DNA of 64,000 bases from Synechococcus sp. (lineage in GTDB: Bacteria > Cyanobacteriota > Cyanobacteriia > Thermostichales > PCC-7336), in assembly GCA_051439605.1 (NCBI GenBank), contig JBFRWN010000017.1:183855-247854 (forward strand), read 5' to 3'. This document shows positions 1 to 9,511 of the stretch, piece after piece. Both the position numbers and the translations under genes were made by a program. Within the stretch, counting starts at the first letter, position 1. The number at the start of each line of letters is the position of its first letter. Under the pieces are notes generated by a model, which was not told the DNA's origin, did no database searches, and saw only the letters and a program-made list of their open reading frames with translations.

Positions 1-1391
1 TCTGAGGTGATGCGCGACTCTTCATAGAGGTTGTAGAGCGACTGATTCATTGTGACCATACCGTCATAGGTCGATTGCGGAATCAGAGCCTCGATATCGT
101 CGATTGCCCCCCGCTTGATGTAGTCCTTAACCGCATCGGTGTTGACCAAAATTTCGTGGGCAGCAGCCCGCTTGCCATCTGTGGTCTTGACTAGGGTTTG
201 GGCGATCGTCGCCACCATAGTTTCCGCAATTTGTATGCGCATGGGCTCCTGTTCGTCAGGATTGTAAATGTTTAGCAAACGTTCGATGGTCTTCACCGCA
301 CTATTCGTGTGTAAGGTCCCAAAAACCAGGTGACCGGTTTGTCCCGCCTTTAGTGCGGTATCGACGGTTTCGCGATCGCGCATCTCTCCAATCAAGATGA
401 TGTCGGGATCCTCCCGCAGTGACGCCTTAAGGGCGTTGGCAAACTCTAGGGTATGAATGCCCACCTCCCGCTGGCGGATCATGCTCTTGCGGCTGGTGTG
501 GACAAATTCAATCGGATCCTCAATTGAAATCAGGTGTTTGGCCATGTTGCGATTAATAAAGTCCACCATTGCCGCCAATGTAGTGGATTTTCCCGAGCCT
601 GTAGGTCCTGTCACCAAGACCAACCCCTTATGTTGTTTAGAAATGTCCCGCAACACGTCAGGCAAGTTCAGCTGTTCCATCGTCAATATGGTGAGGGGAA
701 TCAGGCGCAACACCATGGCAGGTCCCAACAAGGACACAAATACGTTGACGCGACAGCGCACTAAACCTTCGTACTGAATCGCTGTGTCCAGTTCCATCCT
801 GTGCCGAAATTCTTCCACCTGCGACTCCGGCAGAGATTCCCGCATCCAGCTGTAAAACACCTCTTCGGTGGTGGTGGGATGGCCACTGAGAACCATTTCT
901 CCGCGCCCTCTAAACCGGGGAACTTCCCCCACCCCCAAATGGATATCAGAGTAGTTATTTTCGAACGCCTCCTTCACCAACTGCTCTAAGGTTATGTGAT
1001 TGGATTTAGGGCGGGCAGCTATTCTTGTCGTTGGATCGGTAGAGCGGCGAGGAGGCCCTTGTGGAGGAGCCACAGGAGTAACGGGGGGCGGAGCAGGCAC
1101 TTTAGCAGCAGCCAACGATACCGGTGGAGGAGGTACGGGTAGGGCAGATGCAGTGGAGGAATTGTCAAACAAATCCGCAGGCAGTGGCGTTTGAGGAGGA
1201 GCCGGTGAAGCGGAAGGAACCGCAGGTTTCTCTGCCCGGGAGGGAGGGGCCTCTGCCACCGTTCGACTTAAGGGATCCAAAGCCGTGCTCTCTGAGAAAC
1301 CTCCAGGATTACTCCCAGTTTGGGAACTTCCTGCAAGAGACAAAGGGGGAATATCCGCCATCGTGGGGGGCAGTTCATTTGCTTCGCTCAT
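1..1391 (-). CDS. pilT: Type IV pilus retraction ATPase, PilT2-like, with a Pro/Ser/Ala-rich N-terminal extension; 3' end runs off the window
   Basis: Manual translation (absent from the ORF track): AGGAGG RBS, then MSEANELPP...SDIHLGVGEVPRFR...GLVLVTGPTGSGKSTT (Walker A)...IEDPIEF...LREDPDIILIGEMRD...TGHLVFGTLH. Confidence 0.92.
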   Translation of the reverse strand, partial: MSEANELPPTMADIPPLSLAGSSQTGSNPGGFSESTALDPLSRTVAEAPPSRAEKPAVPSASPAPPQTPLPADLFDNSSTASALPVPPPPVSLAAAKVPAPPPVTPVAPPQGPPRRSTDPTTRIAARPKSNHITLEQLVKEAFENNYSDIHLGVGEVPRFRGRGEMVLSGHPTTTEEVFYSWMRESLPESQVEEFRHRMELDTAIQYEGLVRCRVNVFVSLLGPAMVLRLIPLTILTMEQLNLPDVLRDISKQHKGLVLVTGPTGSGKSTTLAAMVDFINRNMAKHLISIEDPIEFVHTSRKSMIRQREVGIHTLEFANALKASLREDPDIILIGEMRDRETVDTALKAGQTGHLVFGTLHTNSAVKTIERLLNIYNPDEQEPMRIQIAETMVATIAQTLVKTTDGKRAAAHEILVNTDAVKDYIKRGAIDDIEALIPQSTYDGMVTMNQSLYNLYEESRITS

Positions 1392-1719
1392 GGAACCTCC
1401 TAATTAGCTTCTGCCCGAGCGGAGAGCACAGACCGGACATAGGGTGGACATGCATATGGCTTTGGACATTTCATTTCGTATCGGCGCTATATCCCTCCGG
1501 GATATTGACTCGTGAACGGCTTGACCACCGCAATCGCAATAGCTAGCCCAAAGACAGAGATAGCTTACCCACTCTCTGTAGCAAGGATTCGGAGGGATCG
1601 GAGAATCACGGAGAGTTAGGCTATGGATTAATCAATAGTCGTAACCCCCAGGGGCAATAGCATCTAACGACTTCAAATGACTGGCACCTTAGAGTCTTGA
1701 TGGAACGTGCAACTTACAA

Positions 1720-2907
1720 TTACAACACTTCCAAGATTTTGCAGATTTTAGTGGCAATTCTGCAGGCAGCTCCTGGATGACCCATGCGCTCGCGGGCATT
1801 AGCCCAGAGATCTCTTGGGGAATCGAGTTCTTGTTGGATAAAAGAAGCTGCACTCGCCGGATCGGGCGCAAGGCGAAGACTGATCCCTAAAAGGCGCTGT
1901 TGTGTTTCAGCAAAGGTAGAGGTAAATTGCGGTCCCTCTCCTGGTAAGGTCACCACTGCTTTACCCAATCCCACGCATTGCTCGTTAGCGGTACCGGCCA
2001 TTCCTAAGACAACATCTGCCCTGCGGGCACAGCTTGCAAACTGTCCAGAAATCAATAGAGCGGGGGGAACATCCTCAGACCATAAGCTACGCAGTTTTTC
2101 CACATCGAGGCTGGGAGCGATCGCCCCGTAGCAGGTGAAATGCTTTGGCAACCTGCGTACCACGTCCCCCATTAAAGCCCAGTTACGATAGGCTTCCGGA
2201 GGTCGGGAACCGGGTAGAAGCAGCACTGCAGGGCGATCTGCAGGTATCTCCTGCAGATCCGGGCCACTTTCCAGGTTATCCATCATGGGATTGCCCAAAT
2301 CAAACACTGGCAATCCATACTCTTTGAGACTGAGAGCAGTCAAAGAATCGCGGGGAAATACTGCACGGCAACGGGGAGGTTTCATCATCCACCGCTCCCA
2401 AGGAGCGTGAACTGACAGGTGAGGTTGTGCACGCAGGGCTAGCCACAGACGATGCCACCGGCGGTATGGGCCTTCCCGATCGGCAATGAAGTAATCGGAT
2501 TTTGCCGTCCCCACAAACACAAAGGGCGTGCAGCTCCAACGTGCCAACAACTGCACCACGATATCCCCCACCGCGAGGACAAGATCGACAGGGCGCTCGG
2601 GATGGCGGACCGCGCACATCTGGCGCATAGTTAGTCCTCCGAGCCCCCCCTTAAGGTCTCCCAATAACTGTTTCCAATCCATGTACACAAATCCCCCGGA
2701 AGGCATCGTGTCTTGGACGGGACCAATGATTTCAATATTGTGTTTCTGGTATGCTTGCCCCCTACCCACAATTGGTAGAGCAATAATATCAATCCTCAAT
2801 TTTTGCAATTCGATCGCTAATTGAGAAGCGATATAGTCTTCACCGTGACCGTTGCTCAAACACAGGACTCTATATTTGCGGTAGGGGGCGTAGCTGTGAG
2901 TTGGCAA
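1720..2907 (-). CDS. Lipid-A-disaccharide synthase-related glycosyltransferase (conserved cyanobacterial family)
   Basis: LCLSNGHGED, PSGGF, GTAKSDY, GNPMMD, LLPGSR and MAGTANEQ..GLGK motifs. Confidence 0.85.
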   Translation of the reverse strand: MPTHSYAPYRKYRVLCLSNGHGEDYIASQLAIELQKLRIDIIALPIVGRGQAYQKHNIEIIGPVQDTMPSGGFVYMDWKQLLGDLKGGLGGLTMRQMCAVRHPERPVDLVLAVGDIVVQLLARWSCTPFVFVGTAKSDYFIADREGPYRRWHRLWLALRAQPHLSVHAPWERWMMKPPRCRAVFPRDSLTALSLKEYGLPVFDLGNPMMDNLESGPDLQEIPADRPAVLLLPGSRPPEAYRNWALMGDVVRRLPKHFTCYGAIAPSLDVEKLRSLWSEDVPPALLISGQFASCARRADVVLGMAGTANEQCVGLGKAVVTLPGEGPQFTSTFAETQQRLLGISLRLAPDPASAASFIQQELDSPRDLWANARERMGHPGAACRIATKICKILEVL

Positions 2908-3464
2908 GGGACGAGGAAAGGAACGGCTTCCTTAATCAATCAACTATTCCAGGGGAGCGTCAAGCCAAGAACAAGGAATACTCACAGTCCTGTATTTCTG
3001 CCGCCCAATAAACGTTACGGTCTTGCAAATAGGGGCACATGACAAGTTTCGACAATCGAGCCGACCATCTTGGAAGTAAGGAATAAAAGAGTCTGTACAT
3101 CAACAAAATTGAGTTCTAGCCTATTAGGACAAGTCTCTGGTCACAATCGATATCAGCAACTACACAAGCGTGAACCTAAGCGACAGAAACAACATTGCAT
3201 AACTAAAATTCATTAAACTTGAACACTTGAAACTCAAACTGCGAGCATCATTCACAATCTCAGAATGTTCGAAGGAAAACCAGAAAAACATTACAAAGGT
3301 ACAAGGTTGTGCAAAGTTCGCCGAAATCTCGAAGTAATGGGATACAAACTAAACGTGAGACAATCTACCGAGCTGCAAGCGGGCTGCTATTCTCACTATT
3401 GGGGCAACATGATCTTGCGTAGGTGGTGAGGCAATCTGCTTCCCCCTAATCGTCCAGGAGCAAT

Positions 3465-4235
3465 ATGGTACTAACCTCTGAAAGCACAGTGGCATTTTCC
3501 TTCACAGTAGGATCGCGGACTGTATCCGCAAACGAGCTGCCTCATCTGCTAGAGCGCTATGATTTGATGCCTCAGTTGGTGAGGGAGTTAGTGGTCGATG
3601 AGACGATCGCTAGCATCCGGCTCTCTTCAGCCACCTTGGACGAAGCCATACAGCAATTTAGGCAGCGCAACCAGTTGGCTACCGACGAGCAATTGCAGGC
3701 ATGGCTCTCACAAAATCAGATGACGCTCGCTGACCTTCAGGCACGGCTAGAGAGGACCCTCAAGATAGAGCAGTACAAGACCGATCGATGGGACTCGCAA
3801 CTTGAAAATATCTTTCTAAAGCAAAAGACACAGTTTGATAAAGCTGTCTACTCTTTAATTCGCACCTCCGATCCCTATGCCGCGCAAGAGTTTTTTTTCC
3901 GGCTACAAGAAGGAGAACAGTCATTCTCAGAGATTGCCAGCCAGTTCAGCCAGGGACCAGAAGCTAAAACTGGCGGAATGGTGGGACCAGTGCCTCTAGG
4001 CAATATTCATCCCGCATTGATTCAAATCCTGTCATCCAGCCAACCAGGACAACTGCACCCTCCTATGCGCTTGGACAAATGGAATGTTATCGTTCGTCTC
4101 GAGCAGATGCTCCCCGCTCAACTCGACGATGCTATGCGTCAAACGTTGCTTAAGCAGCTGTACGAGAATTGGCTAAACGAACGGGTAGCTGAAGTCCTCG
4201 AGCAAAATAGCGACCCTGCCATGACTGAAGTGTAA
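3465..4235 (+). CDS. PpiC/parvulin-type peptidyl-prolyl isomerase associated with the type I secretion locus
   Basis: VYSLIR...AQEFFFRLQEGEQSFSEIASQFSQGPEAKTGG.VGP; 7 bp upstream of the ABC exporter. Confidence 0.85.
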   Translation: MVLTSESTVAFSFTVGSRTVSANELPHLLERYDLMPQLVRELVVDETIASIRLSSATLDEAIQQFRQRNQLATDEQLQAWLSQNQMTLADLQARLERTLKIEQYKTDRWDSQLENIFLKQKTQFDKAVYSLIRTSDPYAAQEFFFRLQEGEQSFSEIASQFSQGPEAKTGGMVGPVPLGNIHPALIQILSSSQPGQLHPPMRLDKWNVIVRLEQMLPAQLDDAMRQTLLKQLYENWLNERVAEVLEQNSDPAMTEV

Positions 4236-4242
4236 CTGCAAC

Positions 4243-7200
4243 ATGACCTCTACATCTTCCCCATCTTCTTCAACTGAAGCTTGGTTGAGCAAGCAATCCC
4301 CCTTCGATCTCCTCCCTCCCCGAGCGATTTCTCAGCTAGTTAAGCAGGTCAAATGGGTACGCTACCGCATGGGTCAGCCCATGGTTGCCCGAGATCGTCT
4401 GCCTGGCCAGCTATACGTTCTCTCAGAAGGGCAAGCTCGTTCTATTGGTCACGACTCTAGCACCAATCGGGCGATTTCCCTTTCCTCCAAAGAACCTGGG
4501 GAACTTCTGGGCTGGTTGAGTTTGGTACGCGATCGCCCCTGCGAAGCTGTCATTGCCTCTGTGGAAGCCACGGCAGCAGTCCTACCTGCTACCGCTTTTC
4601 TAGATCTATTAGAAAGCTATCCAGTGCTGGAAGAGTGGGTGCAGAAACCTCAACTGCTAGAGGTATTTGACCTCTTGGGCCTCTACCTCCAGGATCGGGC
4701 CGATCGGTCCGCGATCTTCGAACGTCAACAGGTCAATGACCTACAGGGATTAGCCGTCAAGCTATTTCCCAAAGTCACCCTCCAGACTGTGAAAAAGCCT
4801 GAGGATGCGAACAGACTGGACGAAGACACCTTGTGGCTTCTCAGTAACGGTCCTGATGCAGGCAGCGAAGTTGAATCCGTGGCGGATGCAAAGCGGTTGC
4901 TCTCTAACTCGGGAGGCAGTCTGAGACTGGTTGGTTTGCCAGTAACAGCATTGTTGAGCTCCAGCTCGGTGGCCCATGCCCTTTCAACTGCAGCTAAAAC
5001 CACTCTGGCAAAGGCAAGCGGTTCAAGTTCCGCTTCCTCCATCACATTACATTCCGAAATCCCCTACGCAGAAGGCGCCCTTACAGCGCTTCCGGAAAGC
5101 CGTCGCCAGAGGCGAGATCGTCAACCCCAACAAAAATTTCCCTTTGTTAAGGGGCGCGGTCCAATTGATGCCCCCATGGCCTGTTTCCAAATGCTGAGCC
5201 AGTTTTTCAACGTCCCCTTCCGGCGGGATGTAGTGAAGCGAGTGCTTCTGAATCAGCAGGAACGGATGGGTAGCATATCGCTTCAGGCTTGTGGGGCGAT
5301 CGCGGAAATGATGGGCTTAAATGCCCAACTCTATGGGGCTCCATCCGCAGCTATTGGCCAAATTCAAACCCCATCAATGGTGCAGTGGAACGATCGCCTA
5401 GTGGTGATCTTTAGCGCCAGCGCTCAAGAACTCACCATCGCCATCCCAGAAGAAGGCATTCGTCGCATTTCCATTGATGATTTCGTCCAAGCGGCTGACG
5501 ACAACATTGAAGTCGTCTCCTTACAAAAAACCCAGTACACCCCCGAGCAACGCTTCAGCCTGAAGTGGTTTTGGCCCTCGATTGTTAAATATCGCAAGGT
5601 CCTGATCGAGGTCCTGATCGCCTCGATTTTCGTGCAAATGTTTGCCCTGGCTAATCCTTTGATGGTGCAAATCATCATTGACAAAGTCATCTCGCAAGGG
5701 AGCGTGGATACTCTGAATGTTTTGGGGGGATTGCTAATCGGGGTGGCCCTCTTCGAAGGGGTTCTAACAGCGATTCGTACCAACTTGTTTGCAGACACCA
5801 CAAACAGGATAGATGTAGCGTTAGGGTCGCAGGTTATTAACCACCTGCTGCACTTGCCCATGCGTTATTTCGGTCGCCGTCCGGTGGGGGAACTGGCTAG
5901 CCGGGTGAACGAGCTAGAAAATATTCGCCAATTCTTGACCGGTACTGCCCTTACAGTCGTACTCGATGCGATTTTCTCGGTGGTCTACATTGCAGTCATG
6001 ATGGTTTACAGCCCGCTACTCACGGTTGTTGCTCTATCGACTGTACCTTTATTTGCTCTCCTGACCTTGACAGTCGCCCCTGTTTTGAGGCAGCAGGTGC
6101 GGGAGAAGGCCGAACGCAATGCTGAAACCCAGGCGTATCTGGTTGAGGCAGTTTCGGGGATTGAAACGGTCAAGGCGCAGAATATCGAACTGTCCACCCG
6201 TTGGCAATGGCAGCAAAAGTATGCACGCTACGTCAGCGCGGGTTTCAAAACTGTCATCACTTCCAGTACAGCTGGATCCCTGAGTAGCTTCCTGAATAAG
6301 TTATCCGGGCTCCTATTGCTTTGGGTCGGTTGTTACCTGGTATTGCAAGGGGAACTAACGTTAGGTCAGATTATTGCCTTCCGCATCATTGCGGGTTACG
6401 TAACCCAGCCGTTGCTGCGATTGATCCAGCTGTGGCAAAACTTCCAAGAAACTGCTCTCTCGCTGGAACGCTTGAGCGATATTCTCGATCACCCCCAAGA
6501 GGTGGAAGGGGACGATCGCAACAATATCCCGATGCCTACGATTAAGGGGGCTGTCAACTATGAAAACGTCAGCTTCCGGTTTAAAGACAATGGGCCACTT
6601 CAGCTTAAGTCGGTCAATCTGAGCTTCAGCCCCGGCCAGTTCGTCGGTATTGTCGGCCAAAGCGGTTCGGGTAAGAGTACGTTAATGAAACTCCTCATGC
6701 GGTTGTACGACCCTGCGGAGGGCAGAATCACGGTCGATCGCTACGATGTTCGCAAAGTCGATTTATACTCTCTGCGTCGACAGATTGGCATGGTACTGCA
6801 GGATTCTCTGCTATTCGACGGCACAGTGCAGGAAAATATCGCCCTGACCAACCCTGATGCCTCGGTTGAGGAAATCGTTAATGCGGCAAAAATTGCCTTT
6901 GCCCACGAATTCATCATGGACCTGCCCAACGGGTACAACACCCGAGTGGGCGAGCGCGGTTCAGGGCTATCGGGAGGTCAACGTCAGCGCATTGCGATCG
7001 CGCGAGTGGTTTTGCAAAATCCGAACCTGTTAATTCTGGACGAAGCAACCAGTGCTCTCGATTACAACTCCGAACGACAGGTCTGCACAAATCTAGCCAC
7101 CGCCTTCTCCCATCGCACGGTCTTCTTTATCACCCACCGCCTCAGCACCATTCGTCAGTCAGACACCATCGTAATGATGGACAACGGAGTGGTAGCGGAA

Positions 7201-7278
7201 CAAGGAACCCACGATGAATTAATGGCCCTGAGAGGGAGATACTACACCCTCTATCAACAACAGGAGGCAATGGCATAA
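4243..7278 (+). CDS. HlyB-family type I secretion ABC transporter (cNMP-binding-like domain + C39-like domain + TMD + NBD)
   Basis: Walker A GQSGSGKST, signature LSGGQRQR, Walker B ILDEATSALD, TM segments; N-terminal CAP-like fold. Confidence 0.93.
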   Translation: MTSTSSPSSSTEAWLSKQSPFDLLPPRAISQLVKQVKWVRYRMGQPMVARDRLPGQLYVLSEGQARSIGHDSSTNRAISLSSKEPGELLGWLSLVRDRPCEAVIASVEATAAVLPATAFLDLLESYPVLEEWVQKPQLLEVFDLLGLYLQDRADRSAIFERQQVNDLQGLAVKLFPKVTLQTVKKPEDANRLDEDTLWLLSNGPDAGSEVESVADAKRLLSNSGGSLRLVGLPVTALLSSSSVAHALSTAAKTTLAKASGSSSASSITLHSEIPYAEGALTALPESRRQRRDRQPQQKFPFVKGRGPIDAPMACFQMLSQFFNVPFRRDVVKRVLLNQQERMGSISLQACGAIAEMMGLNAQLYGAPSAAIGQIQTPSMVQWNDRLVVIFSASAQELTIAIPEEGIRRISIDDFVQAADDNIEVVSLQKTQYTPEQRFSLKWFWPSIVKYRKVLIEVLIASIFVQMFALANPLMVQIIIDKVISQGSVDTLNVLGGLLIGVALFEGVLTAIRTNLFADTTNRIDVALGSQVINHLLHLPMRYFGRRPVGELASRVNELENIRQFLTGTALTVVLDAIFSVVYIAVMMVYSPLLTVVALSTVPLFALLTLTVAPVLRQQVREKAERNAETQAYLVEAVSGIETVKAQNIELSTRWQWQQKYARYVSAGFKTVITSSTAGSLSSFLNKLSGLLLLWVGCYLVLQGELTLGQIIAFRIIAGYVTQPLLRLIQLWQNFQETALSLERLSDILDHPQEVEGDDRNNIPMPTIKGAVNYENVSFRFKDNGPLQLKSVNLSFSPGQFVGIVGQSGSGKSTLMKLLMRLYDPAEGRITVDRYDVRKVDLYSLRRQIGMVLQDSLLFDGTVQENIALTNPDASVEEIVNAAKIAFAHEFIMDLPNGYNTRVGERGSGLSGGQRQRIAIARVVLQNPNLLILDEATSALDYNSERQVCTNLATAFSHRTVFFITHRLSTIRQSDTIVMMDNGVVAEQGTHDELMALRGRYYTLYQQQEAMA

Positions 7279-7603
7279 ATGCCCGCTGACCAAGCAATTT
7301 CATCACTGTATCCCGGACATCAGAATACAACCAGTGTCTTACATACCTCCTAATGAATTGCTTTTTTCATGAGCATGCCTAACCCAGTTAGCTAAATCTA
7401 ATATTGAGACTGGATGATTCATTTTTTAGTTTTTTTCTATACCTTAATTCGATCTTACGTTCGTAGTGGCTGAGAGAGTTGGAATAGCTCGCAACATTCC
7501 TGATGAATTGATCCCTTGGGTATCCCCGAATAAGCGTCAGGAATTCCTCCCGTAATCCCCCACCCCACCTTTACCCTCCAGTTCCTTTAAGAGGAAGTAA
7601 ACG

Positions 7604-9388
7604 ATGATTCGCATCCTGATAATCGATGACCTGAAAACCGTCCGCCAGATGCTGCGGATGTTTGTGGAAGGTCAGCCGGACATGGAGGTAGTCGGAACGG
7701 CTGCAGATGGAGATTCGGGGCTAGAGCAGATTGCCGAATTACAGCCCGATGTGGCCCTTGTTGATCTAGAGATGCCCGGGAAAAATGGCCTGGAGGTTGT
7801 CCGTATAGCTGGGCAAAACTACCCCAACACCAATATCCTAGTGCTCACCACCATGGATGGAGTTGAAGTTGTCTCCCAGGCATTGCAGGCAGGAGCAAAA
7901 GGATATTTATTAAAAACGGCTTCTGAGGAAGATTTGCTCAGCGCCATTCGCTCCGTTCACAAAGGCTTCGTCCAGCTCAGTCCTGGAATGCTAGAGCGCT
8001 TAGTGGATGCAGGGAACTCAGGCGGTGAGGCTTCCATGAGTAGCGACTTAGCGATCGCCGCCGCCGATGATGTAACAGCGTTAGCCGAGAAATCTCCCAC
8101 ACAACAAAACCTTTATCGTTTCGACCAGCCTGTAGTTCTCCGCCAGTCTCCGGTGTGGTCTCGCTGGATTTTACGAACCATTGTCTTCGCTTCAGCAGGT
8201 GCTATTCTGTGGGCCACCTTCGCCAAGATCGAATCAGCTGTTCCAGCCCAAGGTAAGCTAGAACCCAGTGGCACCGTTCAAGAGGTTCAGGTTCCCGTTC
8301 CCGGAGTAGTATCAGAAATTTATATCCAGGAAGGAGCAACGGTAGAGGCGGGAGAGATCCTCATGCGCCTGGATGCAAGAGTATCCACTGCAGAAGAAGG
8401 TGCCACTCAAGAAACCCAAAACCTGTTGCAGGAAGAACTCGACGTTTTCGAATCTCTGTTATCCAACAGCGGAGAAAAGCTCACTTGGAGCAGTGATGGA
8501 CGGGACCTATATCGATCCAATTCAGACCGATATCGTTCAGATGCGGAATCCGCCCGCTTGGAAATTTCTCAGCTTCAGCAGCAGTTAGCTCAGGTCGAGG
8601 TACAGCTAAGAAATGAAAGAGCGAGCCTGGAACTCAACCAAAGTATTTTGGGAGATATTGAACCCCTATTTGAAGAGGGAGGGCTATCCCGACTGCAATA
8701 TCTCAGGCAGAAGCAGGAGGTGCAAACGAATCAAGCGGAGATTGACAGATTTGTAGAGCAGCAGAGCGAACTGAGATTCGCGATCGCCCAAGCCAACGAG
8801 CAAGTCACCACCACAATCAGTGAATATCAACGCAACTGGACCTCACGAATTCTAGAGCTGGAACAAAGACTAGCTGAAATCAACGCCGAGATGACCAGAA
8901 TTTCCAGCCAACGCGAGTACGAAATTGTCAAAGCTCCGATTTCCGGCAAGATTTTCGACCTCCAAACCCCTCGTCCGGGGGCGGTGGTGAATGCCAGCGA
9001 ACCGATCCTCAAAATCGTTCCTGGGGAGCAATTGGTCGCGCGGGTTTTTATCACCAACCAAGATATCGGTTTTCTTCGAGAGGGAATGCCGGTAGATGTG
9101 AGGATCGACTCCTACTCATACAGCGAATATGGAGACATCAAAGGGGAACTGGTACATATCGGCTCCGATTCACTTCCTCCAGATCCTGAAACAAACCGAA
9201 ATTTTGATGCCTTTCCAGCCGAAATATTGTTGGAAGAGCAGGTGTTGCGGGTGGAGGATAAAGAATTCTCTCTCCAATCTGGCATGTCGGTGAGTGCCAA
9301 CATTCGCACCCGCAAACGGACCGTCATCAGCATCTTTACCGAGCTATTCCAGCGGGGTGTAGTTGACCCGTTTGTTCAATCGAAATAA
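7604..9388 (+). CDS. Receiver (REC) domain fused to an HlyD-family membrane fusion protein
   Basis: aa ~1-125: ILIIDD...PDVALVDLEMP...LVLTT...GAKGYLLK; then a TM helix, AQGKLEPSG, a coiled coil, APISGKIFDL, DIGFL..GMPVDVRIDSY and LQSGMSVSANI; GAGGAAG RBS. Confidence 0.9.
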   Translation: MIRILIIDDLKTVRQMLRMFVEGQPDMEVVGTAADGDSGLEQIAELQPDVALVDLEMPGKNGLEVVRIAGQNYPNTNILVLTTMDGVEVVSQALQAGAKGYLLKTASEEDLLSAIRSVHKGFVQLSPGMLERLVDAGNSGGEASMSSDLAIAAADDVTALAEKSPTQQNLYRFDQPVVLRQSPVWSRWILRTIVFASAGAILWATFAKIESAVPAQGKLEPSGTVQEVQVPVPGVVSEIYIQEGATVEAGEILMRLDARVSTAEEGATQETQNLLQEELDVFESLLSNSGEKLTWSSDGRDLYRSNSDRYRSDAESARLEISQLQQQLAQVEVQLRNERASLELNQSILGDIEPLFEEGGLSRLQYLRQKQEVQTNQAEIDRFVEQQSELRFAIAQANEQVTTTISEYQRNWTSRILELEQRLAEINAEMTRISSQREYEIVKAPISGKIFDLQTPRPGAVVNASEPILKIVPGEQLVARVFITNQDIGFLREGMPVDVRIDSYSYSEYGDIKGELVHIGSDSLPPDPETNRNFDAFPAEILLEEQVLRVEDKEFSLQSGMSVSANIRTRKRTVISIFTELFQRGVVDPFVQSK

Positions 9389-9511
9389 ATTAACTTCTCT
9401 CTAGCCTAAAATCGCTCTCAAAGCCATCCTGCAGACGTCCGGAGCCCGTTAAGATGAGCGAAGAGGATCTACCCAGTTCCTCACTCCTGCACCCTTTACT
9501 CAGAGTTAAAT

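Noticed and set aside
990..1391. Long Pro-rich N-terminal extension on PilT
   Set aside because: A known trait of cyanobacterial PilT2-type paralogues; not novel.
457..1546. Plus-strand ORFs at 457-1546
   Set aside because: Antisense shadows of the pilT gene.
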